A stretch of 62,362 nucleotides of DNA, the filler included. It is 3 parts of 3 records of this genome, joined end to end, with 100 filler letters (N's around TTAATTAATTAA, not from the genome) between each part and the next. Parts side by side here need not be neighbours in the genome. Positions count along the whole stretch, not along the records: positions 53,026 to 62,362 come from DRR723986_3075; 2 more parts are not named here. One strand, 5' to 3'. Below, one piece after another: positions 53,180 to 62,362 of the stretch (positions are counted from its first letter, which is position 1; each line of letters opens with the position of its first letter). Below the pieces are notes generated by a model that was not told the DNA's origin, did no database searches, and saw only the letters and a program-made list of their open reading frames with translations. The position numbers were made by a program, and so were the translations under genes.

Positions 53180-53256
53180 GAAAAGGCGCGCCCCACGGGG
53201 CGCGTTTTTCGTTTCTCGCGGCAAGACAAAAAAGAGCCGCCCCGAAGGGCGGCCCG
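53180..53256. terminator. Two terminator hairpins between convergent genes
   Basis: AAAAG-GCGCGCCCC-AC-GGGGCGCG-TTTTT and AAAAAAGA-GCCGCCC-GAA-GGGCGGC. Confidence 0.75.
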
Positions 53257-53284
53257 ATATAGCATGAGGGATAGGCTCTGAGGC

Positions 53285-55561
53285 TCAGTCTGCGCCCCGT
53301 ACGTCGAAGGTCGCATCGGGCGAGGGGTGGAAGACCTTCTGCACAAAGAAGATCGCCACAGCCCCTCCAAGGCCGATAATGTCCGACACCCAACCGCCTT
53401 CGATCATGAAGAGCGCTGCCGCGACAAGACCCACGCGCAGGAACCAGGCGGTGCGCCCGCCCATGAACCAGCCCTGCATCCCGCAGGACAGCAGGAACAC
53501 ACCCACCGTTGCGGTGGTCGCTGCCCGGATCACTTCGAACCACGTCCCGTCCATCAGGATGGCCGAGTTGTAGAAGAACATGAAGGGCACAACAAAGGCC
53601 GAGATCCCGATCTTGAACGACGCGACCGATGTCTCCATCGGGTTAGACCCCGATATCCCCGCCGCCGCGTAACTGGCCAGCGCCACAGGGGGCGTGATGG
53701 CCGAGACAACGGCGAAGTAGAAGACGAAGAAATGCGCCGTCAGTTGCGGAATACCAAGGTTCACAAGGCCCGGTGCCACGACCGAAGCCGCAACCGCATA
53801 GGCCGCCGTGGTGGGCATGCCCATCCCAAGCAGGATCGCGATGCACATGGCGAAGAACAGCGCCAGCAGTTGGCTTGCCGCCGCGATGTCCAGCAACATC
53901 GACGAGAAGCGCGCGCCGACGCCGGTCAGGCTGATGACGCCCACGATGATGCCCGCACAGGCACAGACCGCGATGATCTGGATCGACATGATCCCCGCCA
54001 ACTCGAACGCGTGCAGGATCGACCGCAGGCCCATCCGGTTGGGCGTCAGCCAGCTGACGACAGCCGCTGCCACGGTGGCCAATGTGCCCGCCCGAATGAC
54101 CGAGTAGCCATAGAACAGCGCCACGATCAGGATGATGATCGGGATGAACAGATAGACCTGACGGATCATCTTGTTCAGTTTCGGCAGTTCATCCTCGCGC
54201 ATGCCCCGCATGCCCAGTTTGGCGGCCTCCAGATCGACCATGAAGTAGATCGACGCGAAGTAGAGGATCGCGGGGATGATCGCCGCGATGGCGATCTCCT
54301 GATAGGGGATGCCGGTGATCTCGGCCATGATGAAGGCGCCCGCGCCCATGATCGGCGGCATGATCTGCCCGCCGGTCGAGGCTGCGGCCTCAATCGCGCC
54401 TGCGGTGCGCTTGTGATAGCCCACCTTCTTCATCAGCGGGATCGTCAGCGACCCGGTGGCAACCACGTTGCCCGCCGAGGTGCCGTTGATCATGCCCATC
54501 AGGCCCGAGGCGAAAATGGCCACCTTGGCCGGACCACCGCGGGCGCGCCCTGCGGCCGCGAAGGCGAAGTTCACGAAGTAGTCACCCACTTTCGAAGCCT
54601 GAAGGAAGGCTGCGAAGATGATGAAGAGGATGATGTAGGTGGATGACACCGCGGTGGTCGGCCCAAGAATTCCCGCATCCGAATAGACATGGCCGAAGAA
54701 GCGCTGCCAGGTATAGGGCGTCTGGACGGCCAGAATGCCCGGCAGGAGATGGGCGGTGAACGTGTAGGTCAGGAACACGCCAGTGATGATCACCAGTGCC
54801 AGACCGGCCACGCGGCGCGTCAGTTCCATGATCAGGGCGGTTCCCGCCGTTGCGGCAAAGGCCACGCCGATCGGCACGAAGGGCGTCCCGACCGAATTGC
54901 GCGCAGCGGTGCCGTAGATCGCCACGAGATAGATCGCGACGACCAACCCACAGGCGGCCAGAACGATGTCGGATGTGGCGAAACGGTCGCGCGGGGCGTT
55001 TTCGAACCAGCCCAGAACGATGGCGCCGATTGTGGCGATCATCAGCGGCAGGCCGAACCAGTAGATCTCCTGCGCGAAGACCTCGGCCCCGGCCGGGATC
55101 TGCGGGCTGGAAATCCAGACCGTCAGGCCACCCATCTGTTGCAGCGTTCCCGAGTTGATCAGGATCGAAAAGCCGATGGCGGTGTAGGCTGCAACCGCGA
55201 CCGGCAGCAGCAGGACATACCCTGCTTTCGACATCATCGGCGTCGCAGCGCGTTCCTCGTCCTGAAACAGACGTGCGGAAAACAGCAGGAAGCCAAGAAT
55301 TACGGCACCGGCGATATGGACGATGCGAAAATTCCAGGTTTCCAGAGGAAACTGCGGAAGCAGCGGGATTTCGATCCCGGTCCAGTCGCTGATTGACACA
55401 CCATTGAGTGCCAGCATGTGAAAGGCGGCGTAAAGCGTCGCCAATGTGGCCAGCACGATTGCGGAAACACCGCCAAAGATCCGCCGGTTCCGTTCAACGG
55501 GCTCTTCATCCACGCCTTCCGCGAGAATGATGTCCTCGTCTTGTGCAGTTTGACTTGTCAT
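53285..55561 (-). CDS. TRAP transporter fused 4TM/12TM permease (TAXI-associated)
   Basis: GGPAKVA, NVVATG..TIP, EAAASTGGQIMPPIMGAGAF, GMGMPTTAAY and ITPPVALA. Confidence 0.95.
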   Translation of the reverse strand: MTSQTAQDEDIILAEGVDEEPVERNRRIFGGVSAIVLATLATLYAAFHMLALNGVSISDWTGIEIPLLPQFPLETWNFRIVHIAGAVILGFLLFSARLFQDEERAATPMMSKAGYVLLLPVAVAAYTAIGFSILINSGTLQQMGGLTVWISSPQIPAGAEVFAQEIYWFGLPLMIATIGAIVLGWFENAPRDRFATSDIVLAACGLVVAIYLVAIYGTAARNSVGTPFVPIGVAFAATAGTALIMELTRRVAGLALVIITGVFLTYTFTAHLLPGILAVQTPYTWQRFFGHVYSDAGILGPTTAVSSTYIILFIIFAAFLQASKVGDYFVNFAFAAAGRARGGPAKVAIFASGLMGMINGTSAGNVVATGSLTIPLMKKVGYHKRTAGAIEAAASTGGQIMPPIMGAGAFIMAEITGIPYQEIAIAAIIPAILYFASIYFMVDLEAAKLGMRGMREDELPKLNKMIRQVYLFIPIIILIVALFYGYSVIRAGTLATVAAAVVSWLTPNRMGLRSILHAFELAGIMSIQIIAVCACAGIIVGVISLTGVGARFSSMLLDIAAASQLLALFFAMCIAILLGMGMPTTAAYAVAASVVAPGLVNLGIPQLTAHFFVFYFAVVSAITPPVALASYAAAGISGSNPMETSVASFKIGISAFVVPFMFFYNSAILMDGTWFEVIRAATTATVGVFLLSCGMQGWFMGGRTAWFLRVGLVAAALFMIEGGWVSDIIGLGGAVAIFFVQKVFHPSPDATFDVRGAD

Positions 55562-55667
55562 TGTCCCCTCCGCTCCGCCTCGGGAGAGATGTCAGGCGGA
55601 TCCCGGTTTGAAAAATGCCGCGCCCAGGGTTGGGGCGCGGCACAGGTTGTCAGGCCTTGGGCCGCGA

Positions 55668-56663
55668 TTACATGTCGCCGTGGATCATGTCGGCCGCGAT
55701 CTCGGCACCGGCGTTTTCGGTGAACCACTGGGCGGCACCGGGGTGCCACATCAGAACACCGTTGCGGTCCCAGTTCTCGGGCAGGGTGGACCGGGCGGCG
55801 CGGTGGATGTTCACCATGCGCTCGTTATCCGACATCACCACGTCAACGACGGCATAGACGAAGCTGGCCGGCAGGTCGCAGTTGGCGATGGCGAAGTTCC
55901 ACATCGACACGGACCGTGCGTCATGATCGAGCGTGGTGTAGGTGTCTGCCGCGATGTTGAAGGCCGAGACCGGGAAGGCTTCCATGATGGTTGCCTGCTC
56001 AGCTTCGGTGAACTCGATGATGTTCACGTCGGTCTGAACTTCCAGCTGGCTGACAGCGGGAACCGGAACACCGGCTGCGAACGCGATCACGTCCAGCAGG
56101 CCATCCTGAAGCTGGCCGCCAAGGTCGGACCAGCCGCCGTTGCGGCGCTCGAAGTCGACGCCAAGCGTTTCCATCATGCGCGGGAAGTAGGTGTCCGAGG
56201 TGGAGCCAGCAGGGCCGAAGCCGATGCGGGCACCTGCCGGGATATCTGCCACCGAGGTGATGCCCGAAGAGGCCAGCGCGGTCACAGAGAAAGGCGTCTG
56301 GTACATCGGGAACATGGCGCAGGCGTTGGTCATCGGCAGGCCGGGCGCGATCGGGTTGGTGCCTTGCAGCGATTCAGCCGCCGGGCCCATGGTGGTCATG
56401 CCGAACTGGGCTTCGCCGGTGTGGACCAGCGCCATGTTCTGCATCGGTCCGCCGGTGACTTCGCCGCCGCCGGTCAGGCCCAGCTCTTCCGCCACAAGGT
56501 TGGCCCAACCGGACCCATAGGCGAAGTAGGTGCCGCCCTGCGATGCAGTGCCGACGGTGAAGCTTTCGGGCCAGCCTTCGCGGTCCTGATGGCCGTCAGC
56601 GAATGCGACGGTGGTGGTCAGCGCGGTGGTCAGCGCGAACGCTGTGACTTTGGTGAATTTCAT
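55668..56663 (-). CDS. TAXI family TRAP solute-binding protein
   Basis: Signal peptide, GTASQGGTYF..G, TGG..QN and HPGAAQWF. Confidence 0.93.
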   Translation of the reverse strand: MKFTKVTAFALTTALTTTVAFADGHQDREGWPESFTVGTASQGGTYFAYGSGWANLVAEELGLTGGGEVTGGPMQNMALVHTGEAQFGMTTMGPAAESLQGTNPIAPGLPMTNACAMFPMYQTPFSVTALASSGITSVADIPAGARIGFGPAGSTSDTYFPRMMETLGVDFERRNGGWSDLGGQLQDGLLDVIAFAAGVPVPAVSQLEVQTDVNIIEFTEAEQATIMEAFPVSAFNIAADTYTTLDHDARSVSMWNFAIANCDLPASFVYAVVDVVMSDNERMVNIHRAARSTLPENWDRNGVLMWHPGAAQWFTENAGAEIAADMIHGDM

Positions 56664-56902
56664 TGTGGGTTGTCCTCCGATTCATGCCGGCCCTCTGCCG
56701 GCTTTGTCCGAATGAAGCCTCCTCTCCATCCGGGGCCCTCAAGCGGGCCGTGCGCCGCAACTAAGGGTCGCACAGGCCGACTTGATCAACCGACGCGGGT
56801 CGGGAAACACCGAGGAAAACGTAAAATCTGGAAAGGATGGGTCGATTGGGGGGCAAATGCCCGCTGCCCGTGTTCCGAAACCGACACATGGCCTGGCAGG
56901 GG

Positions 56903-58249
56903 TCAGTCCCCGTCGGTGAAGGCCCCGCGCGACAGCCCGTATTTCTGCATCTTCTCATACAGCGCCTTGCGGCTCAGCCCGAGCGATTCATAGGTGTCCT
57001 TCAGACTGCCGCCATGGGCGGTCAGGCTGGCGGCGATCAGGGATTTTTCGTGTTCGGCCACGCTTGCGGCAAGTGTGCGCCCGGCAGGCATGGCTTCGGA
57101 CAAGCCGCCGATATCCAGTTCGAGCCCGAGCGCGAACCGGTCGGCGGCATTGCGCAATTCGCGGACATTGCCGGTCCATTTACGCGCCGCAACCGCCGTC
57201 AGAACCGCTCCGGGGATCTGCGGAACCGGCAGTTTGTAGCGGGCGGCGGCCTCGGCCACGAGATGGGTGAAAAGCCGCGGGATATCCTCGCGCCGGTCCT
57301 CAAGGTTCGGAATCCGCAGGGTTACGACATTCAGCCGGTACAGCAGATCGGGCCGGAAGGTTCCGGCGGCGGCCTCGGCCTCCAGATCCTGTTTGGAGGC
57401 GGCAACAAACCGGACGTCCAGAGCAATCGGGTCGTTGGAGCCAAGCCGCGTCACCGTGCGGTTCTGGATCGCAGTCAGCAGCTTGGCCTGCACCTGCTGG
57501 CTCATCGCATCGATCTCATCAAGGAAGACCGTCCCGCCGCGCGCGTGTTCGAACTTGCCGAAACGGGCGCGGGTGGCCCCGGCGAAGGCCCCGGCCTCGT
57601 GGCCAAACAACTCGCTTTCGATCAGATCGGCGGGCAGGGCAGCGCAATTGATATGAACGAAAGGCTTCCCCGAGCGGGCGCTGGCGCGGTGCAGGGCGCG
57701 GGCCGCGACCTCCTTGCCGGAGCCGGTCGCGCCCTGGATCAGCACATCGGCTTCGGTCGCGGCAATGGCCCGGACCTGGGCGCGCAGCCGCACCATCGCT
57801 TCGGATCGTCCGGTCAGACGTGATTCAATCGTGTCGCGCCCGCCAACCTGCCGTCGCAACGCCCGGTTTTCCAGTGTCAGCCGCCGTTTGTCGAGCGCCC
57901 GGCGCACCGTCGTGACCAATCGCGAGGGGGCATAGGGTTTTTCGAGGAAATCATAGGCGCCGTCGCGCATCGACTGAACCGCCAGTTCCACGTCGCCATG
58001 GCCGGTCACAAGGATCACCGGAAATTCCGGGTCGATCTCCAGCGCCTTGGCCATCAAAGTCAGCCCATCCATTCCGGGCATACGGATATCGGTGACCATG
58101 ATGCCGGGATAATCCCGTGCGACATGGGCCAGCGCCGCCGTGGCGTCAGAAAAGCAGGCCACGTCCAGATCTTCCAGATGCAGCGTCTGTTCCGCCGCCT
58201 GACGCAGGTGGTCCTCGTCATCGACAAAGAGAATGGTTTCGCGGGTCAT
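56903..58249 (-). CDS. dctD: DctD-like NtrC-family response regulator (REC-AAA+-HTH)
   Basis: DIRMPGMDG, GATGSGKE, ESELFGHE.GAFAGA, FLDEI, FR.DLLYRLNV, GNVREL and LYEKMQKYGL. Confidence 0.88.
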   Translation of the reverse strand: MTRETILFVDDEDHLRQAAEQTLHLEDLDVACFSDATAALAHVARDYPGIMVTDIRMPGMDGLTLMAKALEIDPEFPVILVTGHGDVELAVQSMRDGAYDFLEKPYAPSRLVTTVRRALDKRRLTLENRALRRQVGGRDTIESRLTGRSEAMVRLRAQVRAIAATEADVLIQGATGSGKEVAARALHRASARSGKPFVHINCAALPADLIESELFGHEAGAFAGATRARFGKFEHARGGTVFLDEIDAMSQQVQAKLLTAIQNRTVTRLGSNDPIALDVRFVAASKQDLEAEAAAGTFRPDLLYRLNVVTLRIPNLEDRREDIPRLFTHLVAEAAARYKLPVPQIPGAVLTAVAARKWTGNVRELRNAADRFALGLELDIGGLSEAMPAGRTLAASVAEHEKSLIAASLTAHGGSLKDTYESLGLSRKALYEKMQKYGLSRGAFTDGD

Positions 58250-60102
58250 TGCGCGGCCACCGCCTGCTGATCAGGGGCCTGGGCCAAATCGACGATGAAC
58301 ACGGCCCCTCCTTCAGGATGGTTGCGGGCAGCCAGCGTGCCGCCAAAGTCGCGTACGATATTGTACGAGATCGACAGACCCAGGCCCAGACCCTTGCCGG
58401 GGCTTTTGGTGGTGAAGAACGGGTCGAAAATATGGGCTAGCGTGTCTTCTGTCAGGCCGGGGCCTTGGTCTCGCACCTCGACCCTATGGCGGTTTCCGTC
58501 GCCCAGAATGGCGATCTCTATCTCGGGACTGTTCAGCGTTTCCATCGCGTCGAGCGCATTGGACAGAAGGTTGACCAGCACCTGTTGCAGCCTCACGCGC
58601 CCACCCATCACCATGATTTCTTGCACGGGCGGATCATAGTGGACAGTCGCATTGGCGCCGTTCAGCTTGGGGGCCATCAGGTCCAACGCATCGTTCAGCA
58701 CCGCCACCAGCGGGATCGGCCCGATCTTTTCCTGTGGTCTGCGGGCGAAATTGCGCAGATGCTTGGAGATTGACGCCATCCGGTCGGCCATCTGGGAAAT
58801 CAGCCCGACATTCTTGCGGGCATCCTCTGGGCGGTCGCGGTCGAGGAAGGTGGCGGCGTTTTCCGCATAGGCTTTCACGGCAGCCAGTGGCTGGTTGAAC
58901 TCATGGCTCAGTGCCGCCGACATCTGGCCAAGGGCCGCCAGCTTGCCCGCCTGCACCAGTTCCGTCTGGGTTTGCCGCAATCGCTGTTCGGTGGCGCGGC
59001 GTTCCTCAACTTCTTGCACAAGCTGTGCGTTGGCGCTGTTCAGATCCGCCGTGCGTTCCGCCACGCGGCGTTCCAGCTGTTCCCGGTGTTGGCGCTGTTG
59101 GTCCAGCCGTTCGACAAGCCGAGCGCGCCGTTGCAGGAACAGCACGGCAACCAGACCGGCAAAGAGGAAAACCAAGACGATCAGCGCAAGGGTCTGTCGG
59201 GCTTGAACCAGGGCAGGCCCCGTGGGCGTCAATACCGAGACGCGCCAGCCCACGGCAGCGATCAGCCCGGTGCTGGTCACGAACTCTTCCCGGCCATCGG
59301 CACCGGTGACGGTCAGCAGATCATGGCCGGGTGTCAGGGCGCGCCGTTCGGTTTGCAGCAGTTGCAACTGGTCCAGAGGGTACTGCCGTGTCGCTGCGAT
59401 GGTTTCCAGGGCCGGTTCCGGGATCGGCCCGAGGCTGTTGAAATGCCAATCCGTGCGGTCGGACAGGAAAATCACGTTGCTGGGGTCGGTCACGACAATG
59501 GTGTTGGGACTGTCGCGCCACGTGGCCTCGAACTCGTCCATCAGGATCTTGACGGCCACGACGCCGACGATCTCGGTGCCATCCAGCACCGGGGCCGCGA
59601 AGTAATAGCCGCGTTGACCGGAGGTGGTGCCAAGCGCATGGAACCGGCCGCGCCCTTCGGCCAGGGCGGCGCTGAAATAGGGACGATAGTCAAAGCGCCG
59701 CCCGACAAAGGAGGTATCGCGCCGGTAGTTGCTGGCCGCCACGGTCAGCCCGGTCGTGTCCATCAGCCAGATATCAGCCACGTTCAGCGTCAGCGCCGTC
59801 TGCCGTAGCTGTTCGTTTCCGTAGGGCACCAGCCCCTGATTGTCGGGATCGCGCAGGATGCTTGTCAGGATCGGGCGCTCGGCCAGCAGGTGCGGCAGGA
59901 CATCGGTCCGATAAAGGGCACTGCGCAGGGATTCGGTGGCAAGGCGCAGGGTCGCCTCTTCCCGCGTGGCGGATTGAAGCAAAAAATAGCGTTCGAGGCG
60001 GGGCAGGGCGGCAAGGCTCAGACCGACGGCCAGTGCCACGATCACCAAAAGCGATCGCAGGGCAGGTGAACTGCCAAGTGTTCTGGTCAGGCGTCTACTC
60101 AT
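58246..60102 (-). CDS. dctB: DctB-like sensor histidine kinase with dCache domain
   Basis: TM, ASN...SFVG....RPYF, ALGTTSGQRGYY, H-box SHEFNQPL, NLLSNA.DA and FFTTK..GKGLGLGL. Real start about 60102; the 1013-aa ORF-track call is over-extended. Confidence 0.88.
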   Translation of the reverse strand: MSRRLTRTLGSSPALRSLLVIVALAVGLSLAALPRLERYFLLQSATREEATLRLATESLRSALYRTDVLPHLLAERPILTSILRDPDNQGLVPYGNEQLRQTALTLNVADIWLMDTTGLTVAASNYRRDTSFVGRRFDYRPYFSAALAEGRGRFHALGTTSGQRGYYFAAPVLDGTEIVGVVAVKILMDEFEATWRDSPNTIVVTDPSNVIFLSDRTDWHFNSLGPIPEPALETIAATRQYPLDQLQLLQTERRALTPGHDLLTVTGADGREEFVTSTGLIAAVGWRVSVLTPTGPALVQARQTLALIVLVFLFAGLVAVLFLQRRARLVERLDQQRQHREQLERRVAERTADLNSANAQLVQEVEERRATEQRLRQTQTELVQAGKLAALGQMSAALSHEFNQPLAAVKAYAENAATFLDRDRPEDARKNVGLISQMADRMASISKHLRNFARRPQEKIGPIPLVAVLNDALDLMAPKLNGANATVHYDPPVQEIMVMGGRVRLQQVLVNLLSNALDAMETLNSPEIEIAILGDGNRHRVEVRDQGPGLTEDTLAHIFDPFFTTKSPGKGLGLGLSISYNIVRDFGGTLAARNHPEGGAVFIVDLAQAPDQQAVAAQ

Positions 60103-60210
60103 GGCCCCCGAGTATGCTGTGCGGCGCAAGGATTGCCTAGAGCCCGCGTCATCGTGGTTTTCATTCTTGCGGGCATGGATCATGCTGCCGTGAACGAGGG
60201 AGATAAAGCA

Positions 60211-61644
60211 ATGACCCAAACGCCGTTTACGGGGCCAGAAATCTGCGCACGAGATGCCCATGAGGTGGTGGCGATGCTTAAGGCGGGCGAGGTCAGCCCG
60301 GCAGAGCTGATCGACGCCGCCCTGACCCGGATCGCCCAGGTGGACCCTGCGGTGAATGCAACCGTAACCTTGTGCGCAGACAGGGCACGGGGGGCTGTGC
60401 TGGACCGGAGCGCGGAAGATCACCCCGGCTGGCTGGCGGGACTGCCCATCGGCATCAAGGATCTGACCCCGGTCGAGGGGGTGCGCACCACATGGGGCAG
60501 CATGGGGTTCAAGGATTTCGTGCCGGATGAAAGCCATCCGCTGGTCAAGCGGCTCGAATCGCGTGGCGGCGTGGTTTTGGGCAAGACCAACACGCCTGAA
60601 ATGGGGGCAGGGGCCAACACGTTCAACGAGGTCTTTGGCCGAACCCGCAACCCGTGGGATACATCGCGCAACGCGGGCGGCAGTTCCGGCGGCGCGGCGG
60701 TGTCGCTGGCCACGGGCGAGCTGTGGCTCTCTCACGGGTCCGATCTTGCCGGCTCTCTGCGCACCCCGGCGGCTTTCTGCGGTGTCGTGGGGTTCCGTCC
60801 CAGCCCCGGCCTCGTCAGTCCCGGTCCCGCAGGCAACAGGTTTCACCCCGAGGCCGTGCAGGGCCCCATGGCACGATCCGTGCGCGACTGCGCGCTGTTT
60901 CTCGATGCCATGGCCGGATTCGATCCCGCATGGGCGATTTCCTTCCCGCCGCCGGATGAGCCCTATCAGCAGGCCGTTCTGCGCGCCGACGAAAAAGTGC
61001 GCATCGCGTTTTCGCCCACGTTTGGCGGGTTCGCGGGCTGTTCGGCTGAGGTGGAGGGATACCTTCGCAAGGCGCTGGAGGCCGTAGCCCGCGCGGGCGG
61101 CGTGGTCGAGGAAGAATGCCCCGATCTGCCCGGCCTCGACCATGCCTATCGCACGCTTCGAGGCATGCTGTGGGCCAGCGGGACGGGCCGCGCGCCCGAC
61201 CACATCCAGCGCCATTTCAAGCCGACGCTGGCGCAGAACATTCAGCAGGGGCGCGATCTGACCATCGACGACGTGCTCGACGCACAACTGGCCAAGTCCG
61301 ATCTATTCGACCGGATGACCGGTTTCCTTGCCGATTTCGACGTGCTGGCCTGCCCGGTTGTGGGTTTGATGCCCGGTCCCGTCGAAGAGGAATACCCGCG
61401 CGAAATCGATGGGGAACCGCTGACCGACTATATCGACTGGCTGAAGTTTTCTTTCCTGTCGCCCACCACCGGGCTTCCGTCTGTTTCCGTTCCGGTGGGT
61501 CTGTCGGAAGGCGGGCTGCCGGTCGGTCTGCAACTGATCGGCTCTCATCGGGGCGAGGCGCGGCTGTTGCAGGTGGCGCGGGCGGTCGAGATGGCCTGCG
61601 GTGGGCCGCTTGGTCCGATTGATCCGATCACCCGCGACGGCTGA
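60211..61644 (+). CDS. Amidase-signature family amidase
   Basis: GIKDL (Lys), GKTNTPE, GGSSGGAAV and GSDLAGSLR.PA; GGGAG RBS before ATG 60211. Confidence 0.95.
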   Translation: MTQTPFTGPEICARDAHEVVAMLKAGEVSPAELIDAALTRIAQVDPAVNATVTLCADRARGAVLDRSAEDHPGWLAGLPIGIKDLTPVEGVRTTWGSMGFKDFVPDESHPLVKRLESRGGVVLGKTNTPEMGAGANTFNEVFGRTRNPWDTSRNAGGSSGGAAVSLATGELWLSHGSDLAGSLRTPAAFCGVVGFRPSPGLVSPGPAGNRFHPEAVQGPMARSVRDCALFLDAMAGFDPAWAISFPPPDEPYQQAVLRADEKVRIAFSPTFGGFAGCSAEVEGYLRKALEAVARAGGVVEEECPDLPGLDHAYRTLRGMLWASGTGRAPDHIQRHFKPTLAQNIQQGRDLTIDDVLDAQLAKSDLFDRMTGFLADFDVLACPVVGLMPGPVEEEYPREIDGEPLTDYIDWLKFSFLSPTTGLPSVSVPVGLSEGGLPVGLQLIGSHRGEARLLQVARAVEMACGGPLGPIDPITRDG

Positions 61645-61710
61645 GCCTCTTGTGGGGTGGGCCGGTTTCGCGGCATCACTTGGGGCAAATGCGTAGAAGG
61701 ATCCGCCCCC

Positions 61711-62362
61711 ATGTATGACAGCAACTACCTCGCCCACAGACTGCGCCGCGCGTCTGCGGGATTGGAGGAGCGAACGTTCCTGACCCATGCTGCCGACGGG
61801 CAGAAGGTCTGCTATGGCGACTTCTTCCACAACGCCGAACGCATGGCATCGGCGCTGCGGCACATGGGGGTTCAACCGGGCGACCGGGTGGCTGTGCAGG
61901 CCCCAAAGACGCAAGAGATGCTGGAACTCTATGTGGGTTGTGTGCTGGCTGGCGCGGTCTTCCTGCCGCTCAACACTGCGTACACGCCTGCGGAACTGCG
62001 CTATTTCCTTAGCGATGCGTCACCGGCGCTGTTTGTCTGCGATCCCGAAAGGCTCAGCGATCTGACGCCCGTTGCCAAAGAGTGCGGCGTAGCCCAGATC
62101 CGCACCGTTGCCACGGATGGCTCCGGCAGTCTGCGCGATGCACGCGACGCGGAGGCGCCCGGTTTTGATCCGGTACCAAGGGGCGCGTTGGACCTTGCGG
62201 CGATCCTCTATACCTCGGGCACGACGGGCCGCTCAAAAGGCGCGATGCTGACGCATCGGGCGCTGGCGTCGAATTCCGAAACCCTGCGTGATGTCTGGCG
62301 GTTCACGGGCGATGACGTGCTGATCCACGCGCTGCCGATCTTCCACACCCACGGGCTGTTCG
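61711..62362 (+). CDS. matB: Malonyl-CoA synthetase MatB-like ligase, N-terminal part (runs off window end)
   Basis: Manual translation: MYDSNYLAHRL...GDRVAVQAPK...GAVFLPLNTAYT...LAAILYTSGTTGRSKGAMLTH...HALPIFHTHGLF. Absent from the ORF track. Confidence 0.85.
   Translation, partial: MYDSNYLAHRLRRASAGLEERTFLTHAADGQKVCYGDFFHNAERMASALRHMGVQPGDRVAVQAPKTQEMLELYVGCVLAGAVFLPLNTAYTPAELRYFLSDASPALFVCDPERLSDLTPVAKECGVAQIRTVATDGSGSLRDARDAEAPGFDPVPRGALDLAAILYTSGTTGRSKGAMLTHRALASNSETLRDVWRFTGDDVLIHALPIFHTHGLF

Noticed and set aside
53327-57823. Long plus-strand ORFs (439, 461 and 328 aa) over the TRAP, TAXI and dctD genes
   Set aside because: Antisense frames of high-GC genes with no recognisable domains.
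60103-61287. Apparent 395-aa N-terminal extension making DctB 1013 aa
   Set aside because: It is the antisense shadow of the amidase gene; the kinase begins near 60102.
46675-62362. Functional link between the NRPS and the downstream transporter, amidase or MatB
   Set aside because: They are separated by an artificial spacer and appear to come from different organisms.

Overview
The window joins three unrelated contigs with artificial 100-bp spacers (N44-TTAATTAATTAA-N44 at 31726-31825 and 52926-53025). Taxonomy below is inferred from gene content and style only. Contig 1 (1-31725) is a gammaproteobacterial core region, probably Cellvibrionales-like: carB'/carA, dapB, grpE-dnaK-dnaJ, recN, fur, bamE, rnfH/ratA, smpB, sixA, ppk1/ppx and tmRNA. 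After the tmRNA comes a small AT-rich decayed island with a tyrosine-integrase relic and a KAP-family NTPase split at an in-phase A_AAA_AAG heptamer. It continues with nhaD, an MscS channel, a permease, an MFS transporter, an acyl-CoA ligase and an HDOD/degenerate-GGDEF protein. Contig 2 (31826-52925) looks planctomycetal. It has small hypothetical or immunity-like genes, GTAG-type REP repeats, a GTDC1/QTMAN-like glycosyltransferase, and a Wzx/Wzy polysaccharide operon (wbaP, wzx, wzy, two GT4, co-polymerase, degenerate BY-kinase). The last gene of that operon is a two-module NRPS (A-T-C-A-T-TE, predicted Cys then Pro). This apparent NRPS-polysaccharide hybrid operon is the best candidate for an undescribed system. 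Contig 3 (53026-62362) looks like Rhodobacteraceae: a TAXI-TRAP transporter with a DctB/DctD-type two-component system, divergent from an amidase and a partial matB. All calls come from reading the sequence; no database searches were run.
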